Shown: positions 52,388 through 64,000, counted from the stretch's first letter. The stretch is DNA of 64,000 bases from an uncultured cyanobacterium (GCA_963719515.1 CAVRCJ010000006.1:96001-160000), one strand, 5' to 3'. Notes: generated by a model from the letters alone, not told the origin. Program-made: numbers and translations.

Positions 52388-54046
52388 ATGACTACGCCCA
52401 AGCCCGCTACATCTCAGTTTGACGTCCCCACAAATTCTGAGTTACCGTCCGATCGCATCATCATTTTTGATACGACGCTGCGCGATGGGGAGCAGTCTCC
52501 CGGAGCGACGCTCAACGTCGACGAAAAGCTAGCGATCGCCCTGCAGCTAGCGCGCCTGCGGGTGGACATTATTGAGGCGGGGTTTCCGTTTGCCAGTCCG
52601 GGGGACTTCGACGCGGTGCGGAAAATCGCAGAGAAAGTGGGAACAGAGGACGGCCCAACGATTTGTGGGCTAGCCCGGGCTACTGAGCACGACATCAAAG
52701 CTGCGGCTGAGGCCTTAGCGCCTGCCGCTCATCGCCGCATTCACACGTTTATCGCCACCTCCGATATTCACCTCAAGCATAAGCTGCGCAAATCACGGGC
52801 CGAGGTGCTGGCGATCGTGCCAGAGATGGTGAGCTACGCCAAGTCGTTTGGGGATGATGTTGAGTTTTCCCCGGAGGATGCCGGACGCTCCGACCCTGAG
52901 TTTTTGTATCAGGTGCTAGAGCAGGCGATCGCGGCTGGGGCGACTACAGTCAACATTCCGGACACCGTTGGCTACACCATGCCCAGCGAGTTTGGCGGGC
53001 TGATTCGCGGCATTGTCGAAAACGTGCCGAATATCAGTCAGGCCGTGGTTTCAGTTCACGGTCACAACGACTTGGGTTTGGCGGTGGCCAACTTCTTAGA
53101 ATCGGTAAAACACGGAGCGCGGCAGCTCGAATGCACCATCAACGGTATCGGTGAGCGGGCAGGCAATGCGGCTTTAGAAGAGCTAGTGATGACGCTGCAC
53201 GTGCGGCGACAGTATTTCAACCCTTTCTTTGGGCGATCGCCTGAATCTGAGGCTCCGCTCCACGCAATTGACACTCAGCAAATCTACAAGACCTCACGCC
53301 TAGTCTCTAATCTGACGGGGATGTTTGTGCAGCCCAACAAAGCGATCGTTGGGGCGAATGCTTTTGCCCACGAGTCGGGCATTCACCAAGATGGGGTACT
53401 TAAGAACAAACTCACCTACGAAATTATGGACGCTGAGTCCATTGGGCTGACTAATAATCAAATTGTTCTGGGCAAGCATTCCGGGCGCAATGCCTTCCGC
53501 AGTCGGCTACAGGAGCTGGGCTACGACCTGTCGGATCAAGATTTGAACAAAGCGTTTTTGCGGTTCAAGGAGCTGGCCGATAAGAAAAAAGAAATCAGCG
53601 ATTGGGACCTAGAGGCAATCGTCAACGATGAGACCCAGCACACCCCCATCGCCTACACCCTGCAGCACGTGCAGGTCTCTTGCGGAGACCATGCGCGCCC
53701 CACGGCGACGGTGTGCATTCTCACCCCCGACGGCAAAGAGCTGATGGATGCGGCCATTGGGACAGGTCCGGTGGATGCTATATATAAAGCCATCAACCGC
53801 GTTATCGATCTGCCCAACCAGCTGATTGAATACACCGTCAAGTCAGTCACAGCAGGCATCGATGCTATCGGAGAGGTGACGATTCGACTCCGCTACGAGG
53901 GACGGCTGTTCTCCGGCCACGCCGCTAATACGGACGTTGTGGTGGCCTCCGCTCAGGCCTACGTCAATGCCCTGAACCGGCTCTATGCAGCGCAGCAGCA
54001 GGGGCAGACGCTGCACCCCCAGCGAGATAGCGCGGGCGTCTCTTGA
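52388..54046 (+). CDS. leuA: 2-isopropylmalate synthase
   Basis: [23 protein letters not shown] and a C-terminal regulatory domain. Confidence 0.97.
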   Translation: MTTPKPATSQFDVPTNSELPSDRIIIFDTTLRDGEQSPGATLNVDEKLAIALQLARLRVDIIEAGFPFASPGDFDAVRKIAEKVGTEDGPTICGLARATEHDIKAAAEALAPAAHRRIHTFIATSDIHLKHKLRKSRAEVLAIVPEMVSYAKSFGDDVEFSPEDAGRSDPEFLYQVLEQAIAAGATTVNIPDTVGYTMPSEFGGLIRGIVENVPNISQAVVSVHGHNDLGLAVANFLESVKHGARQLECTINGIGERAGNAALEELVMTLHVRRQYFNPFFGRSPESEAPLHAIDTQQIYKTSRLVSNLTGMFVQPNKAIVGANAFAHESGIHQDGVLKNKLTYEIMDAESIGLTNNQIVLGKHSGRNAFRSRLQELGYDLSDQDLNKAFLRFKELADKKKEISDWDLEAIVNDETQHTPIAYTLQHVQVSCGDHARPTATVCILTPDGKELMDAAIGTGPVDAIYKAINRVIDLPNQLIEYTVKSVTAGIDAIGEVTIRLRYEGRLFSGHAANTDVVVASAQAYVNALNRLYAAQQQGQTLHPQRDSAGVS

Positions 54047-54066
54047 GAAAGGATTGATAGAACGTT

Positions 54067-54915
54067 ATGGCACCGCTCTTGCCGAACGCTGTGCAGCCGC
54101 TTTTGCGGCGGGCCGGTCTCTACCTCTTGCTGGGGGGCGTGGCTTTGCTCATGCTGCTGCCGCTGCTTTGGCTGCTCAGCACAGCATTCAAGTCGCCCGC
54201 AGAGAACATTGTTCAGTTCCCTCCGCAGTTTTGGCCTGAGTCACCAACGCTGCGGAACTTTGTGCAGGTGTGGCAGACCAACCCCATGGGACGCTACTTC
54301 TTCAACAGCACTCTAGTGGCAGTGGTGACTGTGCTGTTGAACCTACTGCTGTGCTCCCTAGCGGCTTATCCTTTGTCACGGCTTCAGTTTCCGGGAAGAG
54401 AGACCTTGCTGACCGTGATCATCAGCACGATTTTGATTCCATTTCAGGTGGTGATGATTCCGCTTCACATCCTGGCGGTGAATTTGGGGCTGCGCAATAC
54501 TTATTTGGGCCTCGTCTTTCCGGCGATCGCCTCGGCGTTTGGCATCTTCCTGCTGCGGCAGGCATTTTTAAGTGTCCCCAAAGAGCTAGAGGAAGCGGCC
54601 CGTATGGATGGTTGCTCAGAGCTAGGCATCTGGTGGTTTGTGATGCTGCCCGCCGTCCGACCGGCTCTAGCAACCCTATCTATCTTTGTCTTTATCGGCT
54701 CCTGGAGCGACTTTCTGTGGCCGCTAATCATTCTAGACGACCCGTCATACTACACCCTACCCCTAGGCGTTGCTAAGCTAGCGGGCGCATTCTCTCTAGA
54801 CTGGCGACTGATCGCAGCCGGGTCAATCCTGTCCATTGCCCCCATTCTCCTAGCGTTTTTATTCGCACAACGCTATATCGTACCCACGGATGCGGGTAGC
54901 GGTGTCAAGGGGTAG
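54067..54915 (+). CDS. Carbohydrate ABC transporter permease
   Basis: EAA motif ELEEAARMDG; W.DFLWP. Confidence 0.92.
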   Translation: MAPLLPNAVQPLLRRAGLYLLLGGVALLMLLPLLWLLSTAFKSPAENIVQFPPQFWPESPTLRNFVQVWQTNPMGRYFFNSTLVAVVTVLLNLLLCSLAAYPLSRLQFPGRETLLTVIISTILIPFQVVMIPLHILAVNLGLRNTYLGLVFPAIASAFGIFLLRQAFLSVPKELEEAARMDGCSELGIWWFVMLPAVRPALATLSIFVFIGSWSDFLWPLIILDDPSYYTLPLGVAKLAGAFSLDWRLIAAGSILSIAPILLAFLFAQRYIVPTDAGSGVKG

Positions 54916-55052
54916 GAGGAGCTGCAGATTGAAGTGCTCGCGAAAACGTTAAGAAATATGTCATACTAACTGCAAGAGACATAGGCGTGTTAGGGCGTTC
55001 GCCTGTGACCCAATTGATTGAAACGCCCAATTGATTTAAACAAGGTATATCT

Positions 55053-55526
55053 ATGACATCTTTAAATGCAGTTCCCGACGATGGCATTACCAAAAGCGCG
55101 CTTTTAGAAACCGTAAAGCGCAAGGCGGGGTTAGAAGACCTTTATGACGCACGCGACATCGCCGAGGTGGTCTTCCGGACGCTGCGGGATATGATGACAA
55201 CAGAGGCTGCCGATCGGGTTGCGGTAGAACTCGAAGGAAAGCTGCTGACGACGGGAGATAGCGCTAAAGATAGCCTTGTGGAAATTTGGAAAGACACCAA
55301 CTGGATCGTGCGTCTCTTGAGCCGCATTCGCCCGCCCCTCGAAATCGACACCGACACGTTCTTATTTAGAATTAGCCAAGAAGCGGGGCTATCCCGAGGG
55401 GTAACGCCTGAAGAGGCGACTGAAGCAGTATTTCTGGCGCTTAAACGAGAGCTCTCCGAAGACTGTCAAAAAGAAATCGCGTCTTTCCTTCCTGAGCCGC
55501 TGCGTGGGGCGTGGCAAGCCGCGTAG
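55053..55526 (+). CDS. DUF2267 family protein
   Basis: DARDIAEVVFRTLRD; AVF.ALK..L...EIASFLP. Confidence 0.75.
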   Translation: MTSLNAVPDDGITKSALLETVKRKAGLEDLYDARDIAEVVFRTLRDMMTTEAADRVAVELEGKLLTTGDSAKDSLVEIWKDTNWIVRLLSRIRPPLEIDTDTFLFRISQEAGLSRGVTPEEATEAVFLALKRELSEDCQKEIASFLPEPLRGAWQAA

Positions 55527-55552
55527 GAGGCGTCGGGCTGATGGTTAACGGC

Positions 55553-55586
55553 GTACCGTAGGGGTTATTATTCACCCCTACGGTAC
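55553..55586. terminator. Hairpin between the convergent DUF2267 gene and psbK
   Basis: 13-bp perfect stem GTACCGTAGGGGT / ACCCCTACGGTAC. Confidence 0.75.
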
Positions 55587-55594
55587 AAATATGT

Positions 55595-55741
55595 TTAGCG
55601 GAATCCTACGGCAGCCTGCCAGACAAACGCGAGCAGCAGGAAGAATACGGGAATGATGGGGAGCACATCTACGAGCGGGTCGAAAATTTGATAGGCTTCC
55701 GGCAGTTCCGCAATCAGTAGCGCTGGCAGTAGTAGTGACAT
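55595..55741 (-). CDS. psbK: Photosystem II protein K (not in the ORF track)
   Basis: [48 protein letters not shown]. Confidence 0.98.
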   Translation of the reverse strand: MSLLLPALLIAELPEAYQIFDPLVDVLPIIPVFFLLLAFVWQAAVGFR

Positions 55742-55916
55742 CCGTCGAGTAACCTCGTATGTAAAGCTAACATCTCATAATTCAGCAGTATTGTACCACG
55801 ACAGAGTTTAGTCCTACGGATAGACTTCGTTGCCAACCCCCGCTGCGGTACGCTTAGCTATGGTATATCGGCGCTGACACAGAAGTAAGTCTTTATTTGG
55901 ACAACTAATATATACT

Positions 55917-57413
55917 ATGCCCTTCCCTCGCACTAGCGGAGTTTTGCTACACCCCACCTCGCTGCCAAACCGTTTGGGCGTTGGTGATTTGGGACCGGAG
56001 GCCTTCGGATTTGTAGACTTTTTGCACGACTGCCATCAGAGCATCTGGCAGGTGCTGCCCCTCGGCCCCACGGGACACGGTAACTCGCCCTACATGTCCT
56101 ACTCTTCTATGGCGGGCAACCCCCTCCTCATCAGCTTGCAGTACCTGCAAGAGGCGGGACAGCTGTCCTATGAGGATGTTGCTGTGCCTGATCTTTCGAC
56201 TCCGGTCGTAGATTACGACGCAGCGACTCAGCTCAAGATGCCGCTGATGACGAAAGCCGCCGACCACTTTAGGGCCTATGCCCCTCCCGAGCAGCAGCAG
56301 GCCTTTGAGCAATTTTGCCACCAGCGGGAGTTTTGGCTTGACGGCTACGCGCTATTTATGGCGCTGAAGCAGGCCCATGGCGGCAAGTCTTGGACCCAAT
56401 GGGACCCGGCTATTGCCCACCGCGACCCAGATGCGATCGCCGCCTGGACGGAGAAGCTAGAGGCCCAGGTATTTCACCAAAAGTATTGGCAGTTTGAGTT
56501 CCACCGGCAGTGGTCTAACTTGCGGCAGTACGCCAACGAGCGCGGCGTCTCCATTATGGGAGATATGCCGTTTTACGTAGCCCACGACAGCGCGGATGTG
56601 TGGGAATTTCCTGACCGGTTTTGCCTCACTCCTGACGGAGAACCTGCCCTAATGGCGGGAGTCCCGCCTGATTACTTCAGCGCGACGGGGCAGCTGTGGG
56701 GCAATCCTATCTATAACTGGGAGCGCATCAAAGAGTTGAGATTCAAGTGGTGGATTCACCGGTTTGAATCCCTGCTCGAGTTTGTTGACGTCATTCGCAT
56801 CGACCACTTTAGGGGATTTCAGGCCTACTGGCAGGTTGAGGGGGGCGAAACTACAGCCATGAATGGCCAGTGGGTTGAAGCGCCCGGCGAAGCGCTGTTT
56901 GATCAGCTCAAGCAAGATATAGGCTTTTTGCCGATTATTGCGGAAGATTTGGGCGTGATTACCCCCGAGGTTGAGGCCCTGCGCGATCGCTATGAATTTC
57001 CGGGCATGAAGATTTTGCAGTTTGCCTTTGGGTCCGGTCCAGGCAATCTCTACTTGCCCTGCAACTACGTTCAAAACTGCTTGGTCTACACGGGCACCCA
57101 TGACAACGACACGACGGCAGGCTGGTTTGAGAGCGTAGACGATCACACCAGGCATTGCCTCACCGAGTATGTCGGTCAGCTCGGGCAAGATGGCATCCAC
57201 TGGGACATGATCAGACTGGCGCTCAGCTCTGTGGCCAACCAAGCCATCATCCCGCTGCAGGATCTGATGGGGCTGGGAACGGTCGATCGCATGAATACCC
57301 CCGGCTTGGGTGAGGGTAATTGGACCTGGCGGTACCACCCGGCAGACATTACTCCCGAGATCAAGGATCGACTGAGGTATTTGACGCAGCTCTATGGCCG
57401 GGCGCAAGTTTAG
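55917..57413 (+). CDS. malQ: 4-alpha-glucanotransferase (GH77)
   Basis: SGVLLHPTSLP, RIDHFRG, AEDLG and GTHDNDT. Confidence 0.96.
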   Translation: MPFPRTSGVLLHPTSLPNRLGVGDLGPEAFGFVDFLHDCHQSIWQVLPLGPTGHGNSPYMSYSSMAGNPLLISLQYLQEAGQLSYEDVAVPDLSTPVVDYDAATQLKMPLMTKAADHFRAYAPPEQQQAFEQFCHQREFWLDGYALFMALKQAHGGKSWTQWDPAIAHRDPDAIAAWTEKLEAQVFHQKYWQFEFHRQWSNLRQYANERGVSIMGDMPFYVAHDSADVWEFPDRFCLTPDGEPALMAGVPPDYFSATGQLWGNPIYNWERIKELRFKWWIHRFESLLEFVDVIRIDHFRGFQAYWQVEGGETTAMNGQWVEAPGEALFDQLKQDIGFLPIIAEDLGVITPEVEALRDRYEFPGMKILQFAFGSGPGNLYLPCNYVQNCLVYTGTHDNDTTAGWFESVDDHTRHCLTEYVGQLGQDGIHWDMIRLALSSVANQAIIPLQDLMGLGTVDRMNTPGLGEGNWTWRYHPADITPEIKDRLRYLTQLYGRAQV

Positions 57414-57441
57414 CAGCGCCTAGCAGAAACCTACACTTTAA

Positions 57442-57481
57442 CGCCGCAGCGAGTCAAGCATCGTCGAAACTCGCTGCGGCG
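57442..57481. terminator. Hairpin between convergent malQ and rodZ
   Basis: 13-bp stem CGCCGCAGCGAGT / ACTCGCTGCGGCG. Confidence 0.7.
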
Positions 57482-57521
57482 CTTTTTAGTCTTGCGAGCT
57501 GTGGCGCTATGTCCTGTGGCG

Positions 57522-58412
57522 CTATTGGGGAGGCGCGACTTCCGCGTCAGAGGGGGCGTCAGTTGAAAAAGTCCGCTCTAGCACAGACCCCGGCTCTCCC
57601 ATAATCTCTGCCGGGCTATTGTTGATGGCGAGCAACACCCCACCGGCATTTCCGGCCCGCACCGTAACCTCGCTGTCAGCAGTCCAGGTTTGCTCACTGC
57701 CCTCCTGAAGCACACCCTCAAACTCTTCGTTACCGTCTACAATAACGCGCAGCCAAGACCGCTCCACCAGCTCTAGGGAAACCTGAACTGCGCTCTCCGC
57801 ACCCTCGCCTAGAGGAGCGATCGCAGCAGGCCCGGCGCTAGCGTCCGCGGCTGACGGCTCGCCGACGCCTGATACCTCCGGGCGCTGGACGGCAGCGCTA
57901 TCGGCAGTATCTCCCCCCGCCGTATCGCTGGAAGCCTGACTTTCAGCAGGGGGCTGCTGCAGCGTTGTCAATGTCGTGGGCGTCAGTACGCTGAGAAGAT
58001 AAGACACGCCGCTCACTGCAGCGACGATTAAAGCAACATAGGCCGCGTAGAGGTGGAGGGGCCTGAGCTGGGCTGCAGCGGAACTGTTCCAGGAGCTTTG
58101 AACCGGCTGGACCTCGACCTCAATGGGAAAAGAGGCCGCAATTTCGCTGCCGTTTAGCCCCAAGCTATCGGCATAGCGCTTGATAAAGCCCCGAATATAG
58201 ACTGCCTCGGGCAGGGTGCCCAAGTCTGCGCCCTCAATCGCCCGCAAAAGACGAGCCTGAATCAAAGTCTTTGCTGCAATCTGCTCAAGCGATAGGCCCT
58301 GCTGCTTGCGCACGTCCTGTAGGTGAGCCCCGATTATAGCGAGCTGCTCTCGCTGATCTGGCTTCTCACAAACCAAGTCTTGACTCACAACTCCAATCTC
58401 CTCAATTCTCAA
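57522..58412 (-). CDS. rodZ: RodZ-like protein (HTH, TM, DUF4115)
   Basis: HTH LRAIE...YIRGFIKRYA; single TM; SWLRVIVDG...RAGNAGGV. Confidence 0.85.
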   Translation of the reverse strand: MRIEEIGVVSQDLVCEKPDQREQLAIIGAHLQDVRKQQGLSLEQIAAKTLIQARLLRAIEGADLGTLPEAVYIRGFIKRYADSLGLNGSEIAASFPIEVEVQPVQSSWNSSAAAQLRPLHLYAAYVALIVAAVSGVSYLLSVLTPTTLTTLQQPPAESQASSDTAGGDTADSAAVQRPEVSGVGEPSAADASAGPAAIAPLGEGAESAVQVSLELVERSWLRVIVDGNEEFEGVLQEGSEQTWTADSEVTVRAGNAGGVLLAINNSPAEIMGEPGSVLERTFSTDAPSDAEVAPPQ

Positions 58413-58422
58413 CAGAGCTCAC

Positions 58423-59180
58423 TTAATTTGGATTATGGTGGGATACGTTCTGGCTGCTTTGAATCGCCAATAGCGACGTAATCGCGCCCAGACTTAGCTG
58501 ACGGTAGTGCCCTTGAGGTAGCTGGCCTAACTGGATTGAGCCAATCGCAACCCGATGTAGTGCGATAACAGGATAACCAAGCTGATCAGCGACGCGACGA
58601 ATCTGACGATTGCGTCCCTCCCATAAAACTACCTCTATTAGGGTGTTTTGAGAAGTAAACTCGATCACTGCGACCTGAGCAGGCAGCGTTTGCCGTCCGG
58701 ATAACATGACCCCTTGACGCCACAGCGCTAGAGCGCGATCGCTCGGGTGACCTGCAACGAGCACCCGGTAGGTTTTGCAGATGTGGTGTCTAGGATGGGT
58801 CAATTGGAATGTAAGCGCACCATCATTCGTTAAGAGTAATGCACCCGTCGAAGCGACGTCTAAACGCCCTACGGGATGAAGGCCCAAACTGCTGGCCCAC
58901 TTTGGCAACAAATCTAGCACGATTGGACGGTTTTGCGGATCCGTACAGGTTGACACAACGCCCTTGGGCTTGTTCAACAAGAAGTAAGCAGAGTCTGGTC
59001 GGGTTTGGGGGGCGATCGCCTTGCCGTCTACCTCAATGAGATCGCGCTGGGGGTCGGCCTTTTGCCCGAGATGAGCCGGCTGGCCGTTGACGCTGACGCG
59101 CCCCTGACTAATTAGCTGTTCGGCTTTGCGGCGCGAGGCGATGCCCCATTGAGAAATCAGCTTTTGCAGTCGTTTACCAT
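58423..59180 (-). CDS. rRNA pseudouridine synthase (RsuA/RluB family); 1-nt frameshift just after the start
   Basis: S4 domain RLQKLISQWGIASRRKAE is in frame with VGRLD and EGRNRQIR; ATG 59180 with a GGAG RBS is out of frame. Confidence 0.85.
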
Positions 59181-60838
59181 TGATGTTGCTCCGCAGGGAA
59201 AGACGGTTTGCGGGCCGCTAGCAGGTGATCCAGGACCTTATTGGCCGCTAAGCAGGGGAGCAAATTGAGGGCCAGCGTCTGGGCGTCGACCCCTAAAACG
59301 CTGTGCTCTTGAGCCAGGGTAATGCCTGCCTGGGCATGCCACCAAGCTCCGGCCCAGACCGCTGCTTCAGCGGACTCATCTCGGGCTAGTCGCCTGAGCC
59401 ATCAGCCCGCCAATCAGGCCAGTGAGAACGTCACCACTCCCCCCGCGAGCAAGGGCAGGCGTACTTTGGGGATGATCCAGACCCTACTGCTGGGCGAGGC
59501 GACAACTGGCCCGAGCGCCTTTTAGCAGCACGGTGCTACCGCAGTACTGGGCTGCTTGCTGGGCTTGAGCAATTCGATCTATTGGGGCGATCTTGGCGGC
59601 CTCCAGCATGTCTCGCCTCCTGGAAACAGGCGCTTGAATTCTCCTGAATGGGGCGTCAGCAGGGTGTAGGCATCTCGCTCAGAGAGCGCCGCTCGCACAT
59701 CCCTCTGGGCAACAAGATTGAGGGCGTCTGCATCGAGCAGCAGCGGCACCGCCGCCGCTAGCACCTGGGGCAAAATTGCGGCGCGTTGGGTCAGTCCCGG
59801 CCCGCAGGCAATTGCGTCGTAGCGGCCAAGATCCATCGTTTCGGGGAAGGCAGCGATCGCCCCGGCCTCTGTAAGGCACCCCACCGTAACGGCGTCTGGA
59901 ATCTGAGCCGCTACCAAGGGCTTGAGCCCCTGAGGAACAGCGAGGGTGAGCATGCCAACGCCGCTGGCTCTCGCGGCTAGCCCCGTCAGTATTGCCGCCC
60001 CCAGGTAAGTCTCAGACCCACAGACCAGCAGCAGATGCCCCTCCCGATACTTGTAGGTGGTGGGCGATCGCTTTAGGGGCAGCGCCTCGGCGACATCCTG
60101 CGGCGTAACGCGAATCAGCTGTGGCGCACCCAAAACCGCTTCAATATCTTTGACTGGAATGTCAAAGTCAATCAGCGCTGCTTCCCCTATATAGATCAGC
60201 GCCTCGTCCTGTAGGCAGGCGCGCTTCCAAAGCCCCAGGCAGAGCGTGTGGGTCGCTCGCACGGTCTCCCCCAAAGCTGCGCCAGTATCGGTGTGAACGC
60301 CGGAGGGCAGGTCGATGCTGACCACAGGAGAACTAAGCGCGTTAACGCTGCGCACAAGCTGTGCCAGGTTACCCTCGATGGGCCTAGAGAGACCGAAGCC
60401 AAACAGCCCGTCTATCACCAGCTCCGGAGCCAGCGTATCGAGCTGCTCTGCGGCAACAAACGGAATGCCCAAGTATCTGGCGTAGCGAGCGTGCTGCGCG
60501 GTCAACTCCTTTTGCTGGGCGATGGGGCTGCATACCGACAAGCAGTAGCCCCGATGATGCAGCTCCCGGGCCACTACGAGAGCATCGCCACCGTTGTGAC
60601 CCGGCCCGGCCAGGACGAGCACCCGCTTTACGTCGGGGTAGCGATCGGCAACCCAGGTAGCAATTCGCCCGGACACCTTTTCCATCAGCGCCGCCACCGA
60701 CAGTCCCGCCTCGAACAGCCGCGATTCGATGGCCTGCATTTCAGCGGCGCTGACAATCACGCGCTGCCGGAGTGCTTGAGATAGACCCGGCTGGGGCAGG
60801 CTGCTTTCAGAGTTACTGTAGCTAGAGCGGTTCGACAT
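59174..60838 (-). CDS. nnr: Bifunctional NAD(P)H-hydrate epimerase/dehydratase (Nnr/YjeF), several frameshifts in the 3' part
   Basis: GPGHNGGD, DLPSG, DADAL, TPHSGE; downstream VLLKGA, ARGGSGDVLTG and WWHAQAG lie in shifting frames. Confidence 0.85.
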
Positions 60839-60852
60839 ATCACGCAGCCGCC

Positions 60853-61980
60853 CTAACGGCGATAGTAGACCCTAGAATCCATGCCGAAATCTCGCAGAAA
60901 CTGGTTCCATCGGGTTGCAGACTGGCGGTTGACAAATGGTCCGATGAGCAAGTGGGGGCCCAAGGGTTGGTCTCGCTGGGCGATCGCGTTGGGATTGGCC
61001 CCAAGAAGAGCAACTTGCCCCTGCAGTCGGTTGAGACTGTCAGCATCGCCCGGCACTACGATATAGTAGTCGCTGCCTATCGCATCTTGTGGGGCGGGGC
61101 TTTGGGCAACGGGAGCCGGAGCTACAGCCTCTGGCGCTAGGGCCGGGTCTGTAATCGTTGGTTCTGGAGTAAGCGGAGCGCTGAGTTCGGCGGGGGGAAG
61201 GGCCGCCACACCAGAGCCAATGCTAGAGCCTAGCTGGTCAAACTCGTCGTCGGGGGCTGTAGGCGCTGCCGCCACAGTAGCGGTAGCGCCTATGGCGGTA
61301 AATGGCTCGTCTATTGCTTCAGCCACTTCAGATTCTTCAGCGACCTCAGGCCCAGTCACCTCAGGCCCAGTCACCTCAGGCCCAGTTGCTTCACGTCCGG
61401 ACTCTTCCAAACCAACGGCAATCTCTGCGCCAATGCCTTGGTCGGCTAAAGCCTCAACCTGCTGCTGCGCAGGGGCAAGCTGGGCAAACTGCCCCGCCAA
61501 AATCACCGACTGCCCTTGGTACCGCTCAAACGCGGCGGCGGGCTCCACACGGCGAACCTGCTCCAGTAGAAAAGGACTATCGCTATTGATCAAGACGCGA
61601 TAGCGTTGGGCTGAATCTGCTGGCGCTGTAGGCACGACGTCTACAGGTTCCACTGCAGCAGGTTCTTCCACTGCAGTGGAACCTACCGCCGGTTCTGCCG
61701 CTGGGCTACCGGCCGCTGGCTCATTTGAGGGAGCTGGGGATTGAGGTTCAAGCTCAGGGATTGAGGGGGGCGGTGGTAAGCCATCAATTACGGTTTGGGC
61801 ACCTGCCGCCTGCGCTAGGATCAAGGTGAGTAGGTTGATGCCAATTACCCAGAGCGACGGCTTCCAGCGCTTTGACATCGTCGCCGCAGCGTCGCTTCTA
61901 CTGCCAGAGAGTCGGTTGTCAGGGTGGGGGCGGACAGAGGATTGATGAGATGATTCGGTGAGCTGGGGCTGGTGTGTCAT
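60853..61980 (-). CDS. Hypothetical exported Pro/Ala/Glu-rich protein with SPOR-like modules
   Basis: Hydrophobic signal/anchor; two modules (AGQF..LA.QGI and IGPF...LRDFGMDSRVYY); start uncertain. Confidence 0.65.
   Translation of the reverse strand: MTHQPQLTESSHQSSVRPHPDNRLSGSRSDAAATMSKRWKPSLWVIGINLLTLILAQAAGAQTVIDGLPPPPSIPELEPQSPAPSNEPAAGSPAAEPAVGSTAVEEPAAVEPVDVVPTAPADSAQRYRVLINSDSPFLLEQVRRVEPAAAFERYQGQSVILAGQFAQLAPAQQQVEALADQGIGAEIAVGLEESGREATGPEVTGPEVTGPEVAEESEVAEAIDEPFTAIGATATVAAAPTAPDDEFDQLGSSIGSGVAALPPAELSAPLTPEPTITDPALAPEAVAPAPVAQSPAPQDAIGSDYYIVVPGDADSLNRLQGQVALLGANPNAIAQRDQPLGPHLLIGPFVNRQSATRWNQFLRDFGMDSRVYYRR
61343..61387. repeat. 15 bp x3 in-frame tandem repeat (TGPEV)
   Basis: ACCTCAGGCCCAGTC x2 plus ACCTCAGGCCCAGTT. 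Confidence 0.85.
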
Positions 61981-62194
61981 CGCAACAAGAGGCAAGAAGG
62001 AGTACTGTGCGCGCTAAAACTGCGCGCGCTAAATGAGCATACTTGTGATCAGAGTGGAGATGCTGCCGACGTCAAGGCCTTGCCCACGAATGTTAACCTG
62101 AATAAGAGTCTTTCAATTTTACTAGCTACTGCTATCCGTGCGTAGCAGAATAGCGCATAAAGAACAGCGTACAAAGCCCTACGTGAGCTGCATC

Positions 62195-63316
62195 ATGGCC
62201 CAGAGCCCTAATTCTATGTCCACCGCCCCCGAAGCGATGCGTAAAACTCCACCCAAGAAGGCGATGCCCAAAATCGTCGTTGGTTTATCCGGCGGTGTCG
62301 ATAGCTCTGTTGCGGCGGCTACGCTACATCAGCAGGGTTACGAGGTCTTGGGATTAACGCTGTGGTTGATGAAGGGCAAAGGGCAATGCTGCTCAGAGGG
62401 AATGGTTGATGCCGCCCAGCTTTGCGAACAGCTGGGGATTCCCTACGAAGTGGTGGATAGCCGCGAGGTATTTCAGCAAGAAATCGTGGACTACCTAGTT
62501 GAGGGGTATGGGTCGGGGGTGACGCCTCTGCCCTGCTCCCAGTGCAACAAGGCCGTAAAGTTTGGCCCCATGCTCGCCTACGCGGCCAAACAAGGGTGCG
62601 ATCGCATTGCCACGGGCCATTACGCCCGGGTGACCCAAGATCTGACCGGGCGCTATCAGCTGCAGCGGGCCTGCGATCGCCGTAAGGACCAGTCCTACTT
62701 TCTCTACGACCTGTCTCAAGAAGTGCTGTCGCGAGTCCTGTTTCCTCTTGGCCACCAGACTAAAGACGAAACCCGCCGAGTTGCCGCCGAGCTGAGTCTG
62801 CATACGGCCAATAAGCCCGACAGCCAAGACCTTTGCCTCATTGAAGCCCACGGCTCCATGAAAGACTTTTTGGGGCAATACTTAGCCCCTACTCCCGGCA
62901 ACATCGTTGACCAAAGCGGGCGGGTGCTGGGCCGCCACGATGGCATCCACAACTATACTATCGGTCAGCGTAAAGGGCTGGGCGTTGCTGCCCCAAATCC
63001 CCTCTACGTCGTCGGAATTGACCCAGGCCGCAATCAAGTGGTAGTGGGTGAACGGCAAACCGCTTTTCAGCCTGGGTGCGAGGTAAGCCGCGTGAACTGG
63101 GCCTCTATCCCTGCCCCAAGCGGCCCCCTGCGGGCAGATGTGCAGGTGCGCTACCGAACGCCCCCCGTTCCCGCCACCATTATTCCGCTGGATGCCAAAT
63201 TCGAGCAGGCTCGTGTTCAATTCGATGAGCCTCAGTTTAGTATTTCTCCAGGCCAAGCCGCTGTCTGGTATCAGGGCGAAGTTTTGCTTGGCGGCGGCAT
63301 TATTCAAGCGCTCTGA
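62195..63316 (+). CDS. mnmA: tRNA 2-thiouridine(34) synthase
   Basis: SGGVDS, ATGHYA, KDQSYFL, DSQDLC and TIGQRKG; the start may be ATG 62264. Confidence 0.96.
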   Translation: MAQSPNSMSTAPEAMRKTPPKKAMPKIVVGLSGGVDSSVAAATLHQQGYEVLGLTLWLMKGKGQCCSEGMVDAAQLCEQLGIPYEVVDSREVFQQEIVDYLVEGYGSGVTPLPCSQCNKAVKFGPMLAYAAKQGCDRIATGHYARVTQDLTGRYQLQRACDRRKDQSYFLYDLSQEVLSRVLFPLGHQTKDETRRVAAELSLHTANKPDSQDLCLIEAHGSMKDFLGQYLAPTPGNIVDQSGRVLGRHDGIHNYTIGQRKGLGVAAPNPLYVVGIDPGRNQVVVGERQTAFQPGCEVSRVNWASIPAPSGPLRADVQVRYRTPPVPATIIPLDAKFEQARVQFDEPQFSISPGQAAVWYQGEVLLGGGIIQAL

Positions 63317-63534
63317 GCAGTGAAGTGTTCTAAACGGCCACAAACTTTGCGTAGACAGTATATTTTGGGAAGAACTGTATAAAGAGACTGTGATTGGCGT
63401 CAATAGAATTGATATACGCCCTATTTCTCGTAATAGGATGTGAGCGAGCGGGCCCGTTCTGGGCTTAGACAACAGTGCGAAGGTTGCGCCTCAGTCGAGG
63501 CGGACAACGCAATTATTTCTATAGGAGTAAAACC

Positions 63535-64000
63535 TTGAGTCAAATCGATATTGCGCCTCCCCACGGCGGACAACTTATTAACCGAATTGCAGGAGCGGAG
63601 CAGCGTCAGGAGTTTTTGGCTAAGGCTGACTCTTTGCCGCGCCTGACCCTAGATGAGCGAGCCGAGTCGGATCTCGCTATGATTGCCATCGGCGGGTTCA
63701 GCCCATTGACTGGCTTTATGGAAGAGGCCGATTATATCTCGGTTGTAGATAAAATGCTGCTGGCCAACGGCCTGCCTTGGTCAGTTCCCGTCACGCTATC
63801 GGTCAGCGAAGAGCAGGCCGACAGTGTGACCGAAGGCAGTCTAGTGCGGCTTGACAGCGCTAACGGCGAATTCGTCGGCGTGCTGGAGCTGACTCAAAAG
63901 TACCGCTACGACAAAGCCCGCGAGGCGGTCAAGGTCTATAGGACTGACGAGGAGAAGCATCCCGGCGTCAAGGTAGTCTACGACCAGGGCCCCATCAACC
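63535..64000 (+). CDS. sat: Sulfate adenylyltransferase, 3'-truncated by the window edge
   Basis: TTG start after [14 protein letters not shown]...[13 protein letters not shown]...[10 protein letters not shown]...HPGV. Confidence 0.93.
   Translation, partial: MSQIDIAPPHGGQLINRIAGAEQRQEFLAKADSLPRLTLDERAESDLAMIAIGGFSPLTGFMEEADYISVVDKMLLANGLPWSVPVTLSVSEEQADSVTEGSLVRLDSANGEFVGVLELTQKYRYDKAREAVKVYRTDEEKHPGVKVVYDQGPIN

Noticed and set aside
63535..64000. Functional linkage of sat with the sulfotransferase cluster
   Set aside because: They are about 57 kb apart, and sat is a core sulfur-assimilation gene

Overview
Chromosomal window from a cyanobacterium: it carries psaAB, rbcLXS and psbK, and the HIP1 octamer GCGATCGC is abundant. 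Assignment to a filamentous Leptolyngbya/Nodosilinea-like lineage is inference only. From left to right: the end of an AT-richer surface-polysaccharide cluster (4 GT4 glycosyltransferases, a Wzy-like membrane protein, a sulfotransferase); TPP riboswitch-thiC; an RCK-domain channel; a divergent EACC1-like/caspase-CLec pair (putative conflict system); MFS, CbbY-like, DUF1350 and HPF-CSD genes; a pilA-OGT locus with two FkbM methyltransferases; a tnpA-less IS200/IS605 element (intact TnpB plus a divergent RHH gene); an M16 peptidase pair; GAF-PP2C; folD-crtE-DUF212; rbcLXS; psaAB; a cysteine desulfurase remnant; tRNA-Leu(TAG); a hyper-acidic repeat protein; map, purN, labA, leuA, psbK, malQ, rodZ; rluB-like and nnr genes with clustered frameshifts (likely assembly errors); mnmA; and a partial sat. 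The best leads are the EACC1-caspase module, the RHH+TnpB element with an IS-end-like palindrome 20 kb away, the pilin glycosylation/methylation locus and the hyper-acidic protein. All family calls come from motif recognition by eye; no database search was run.
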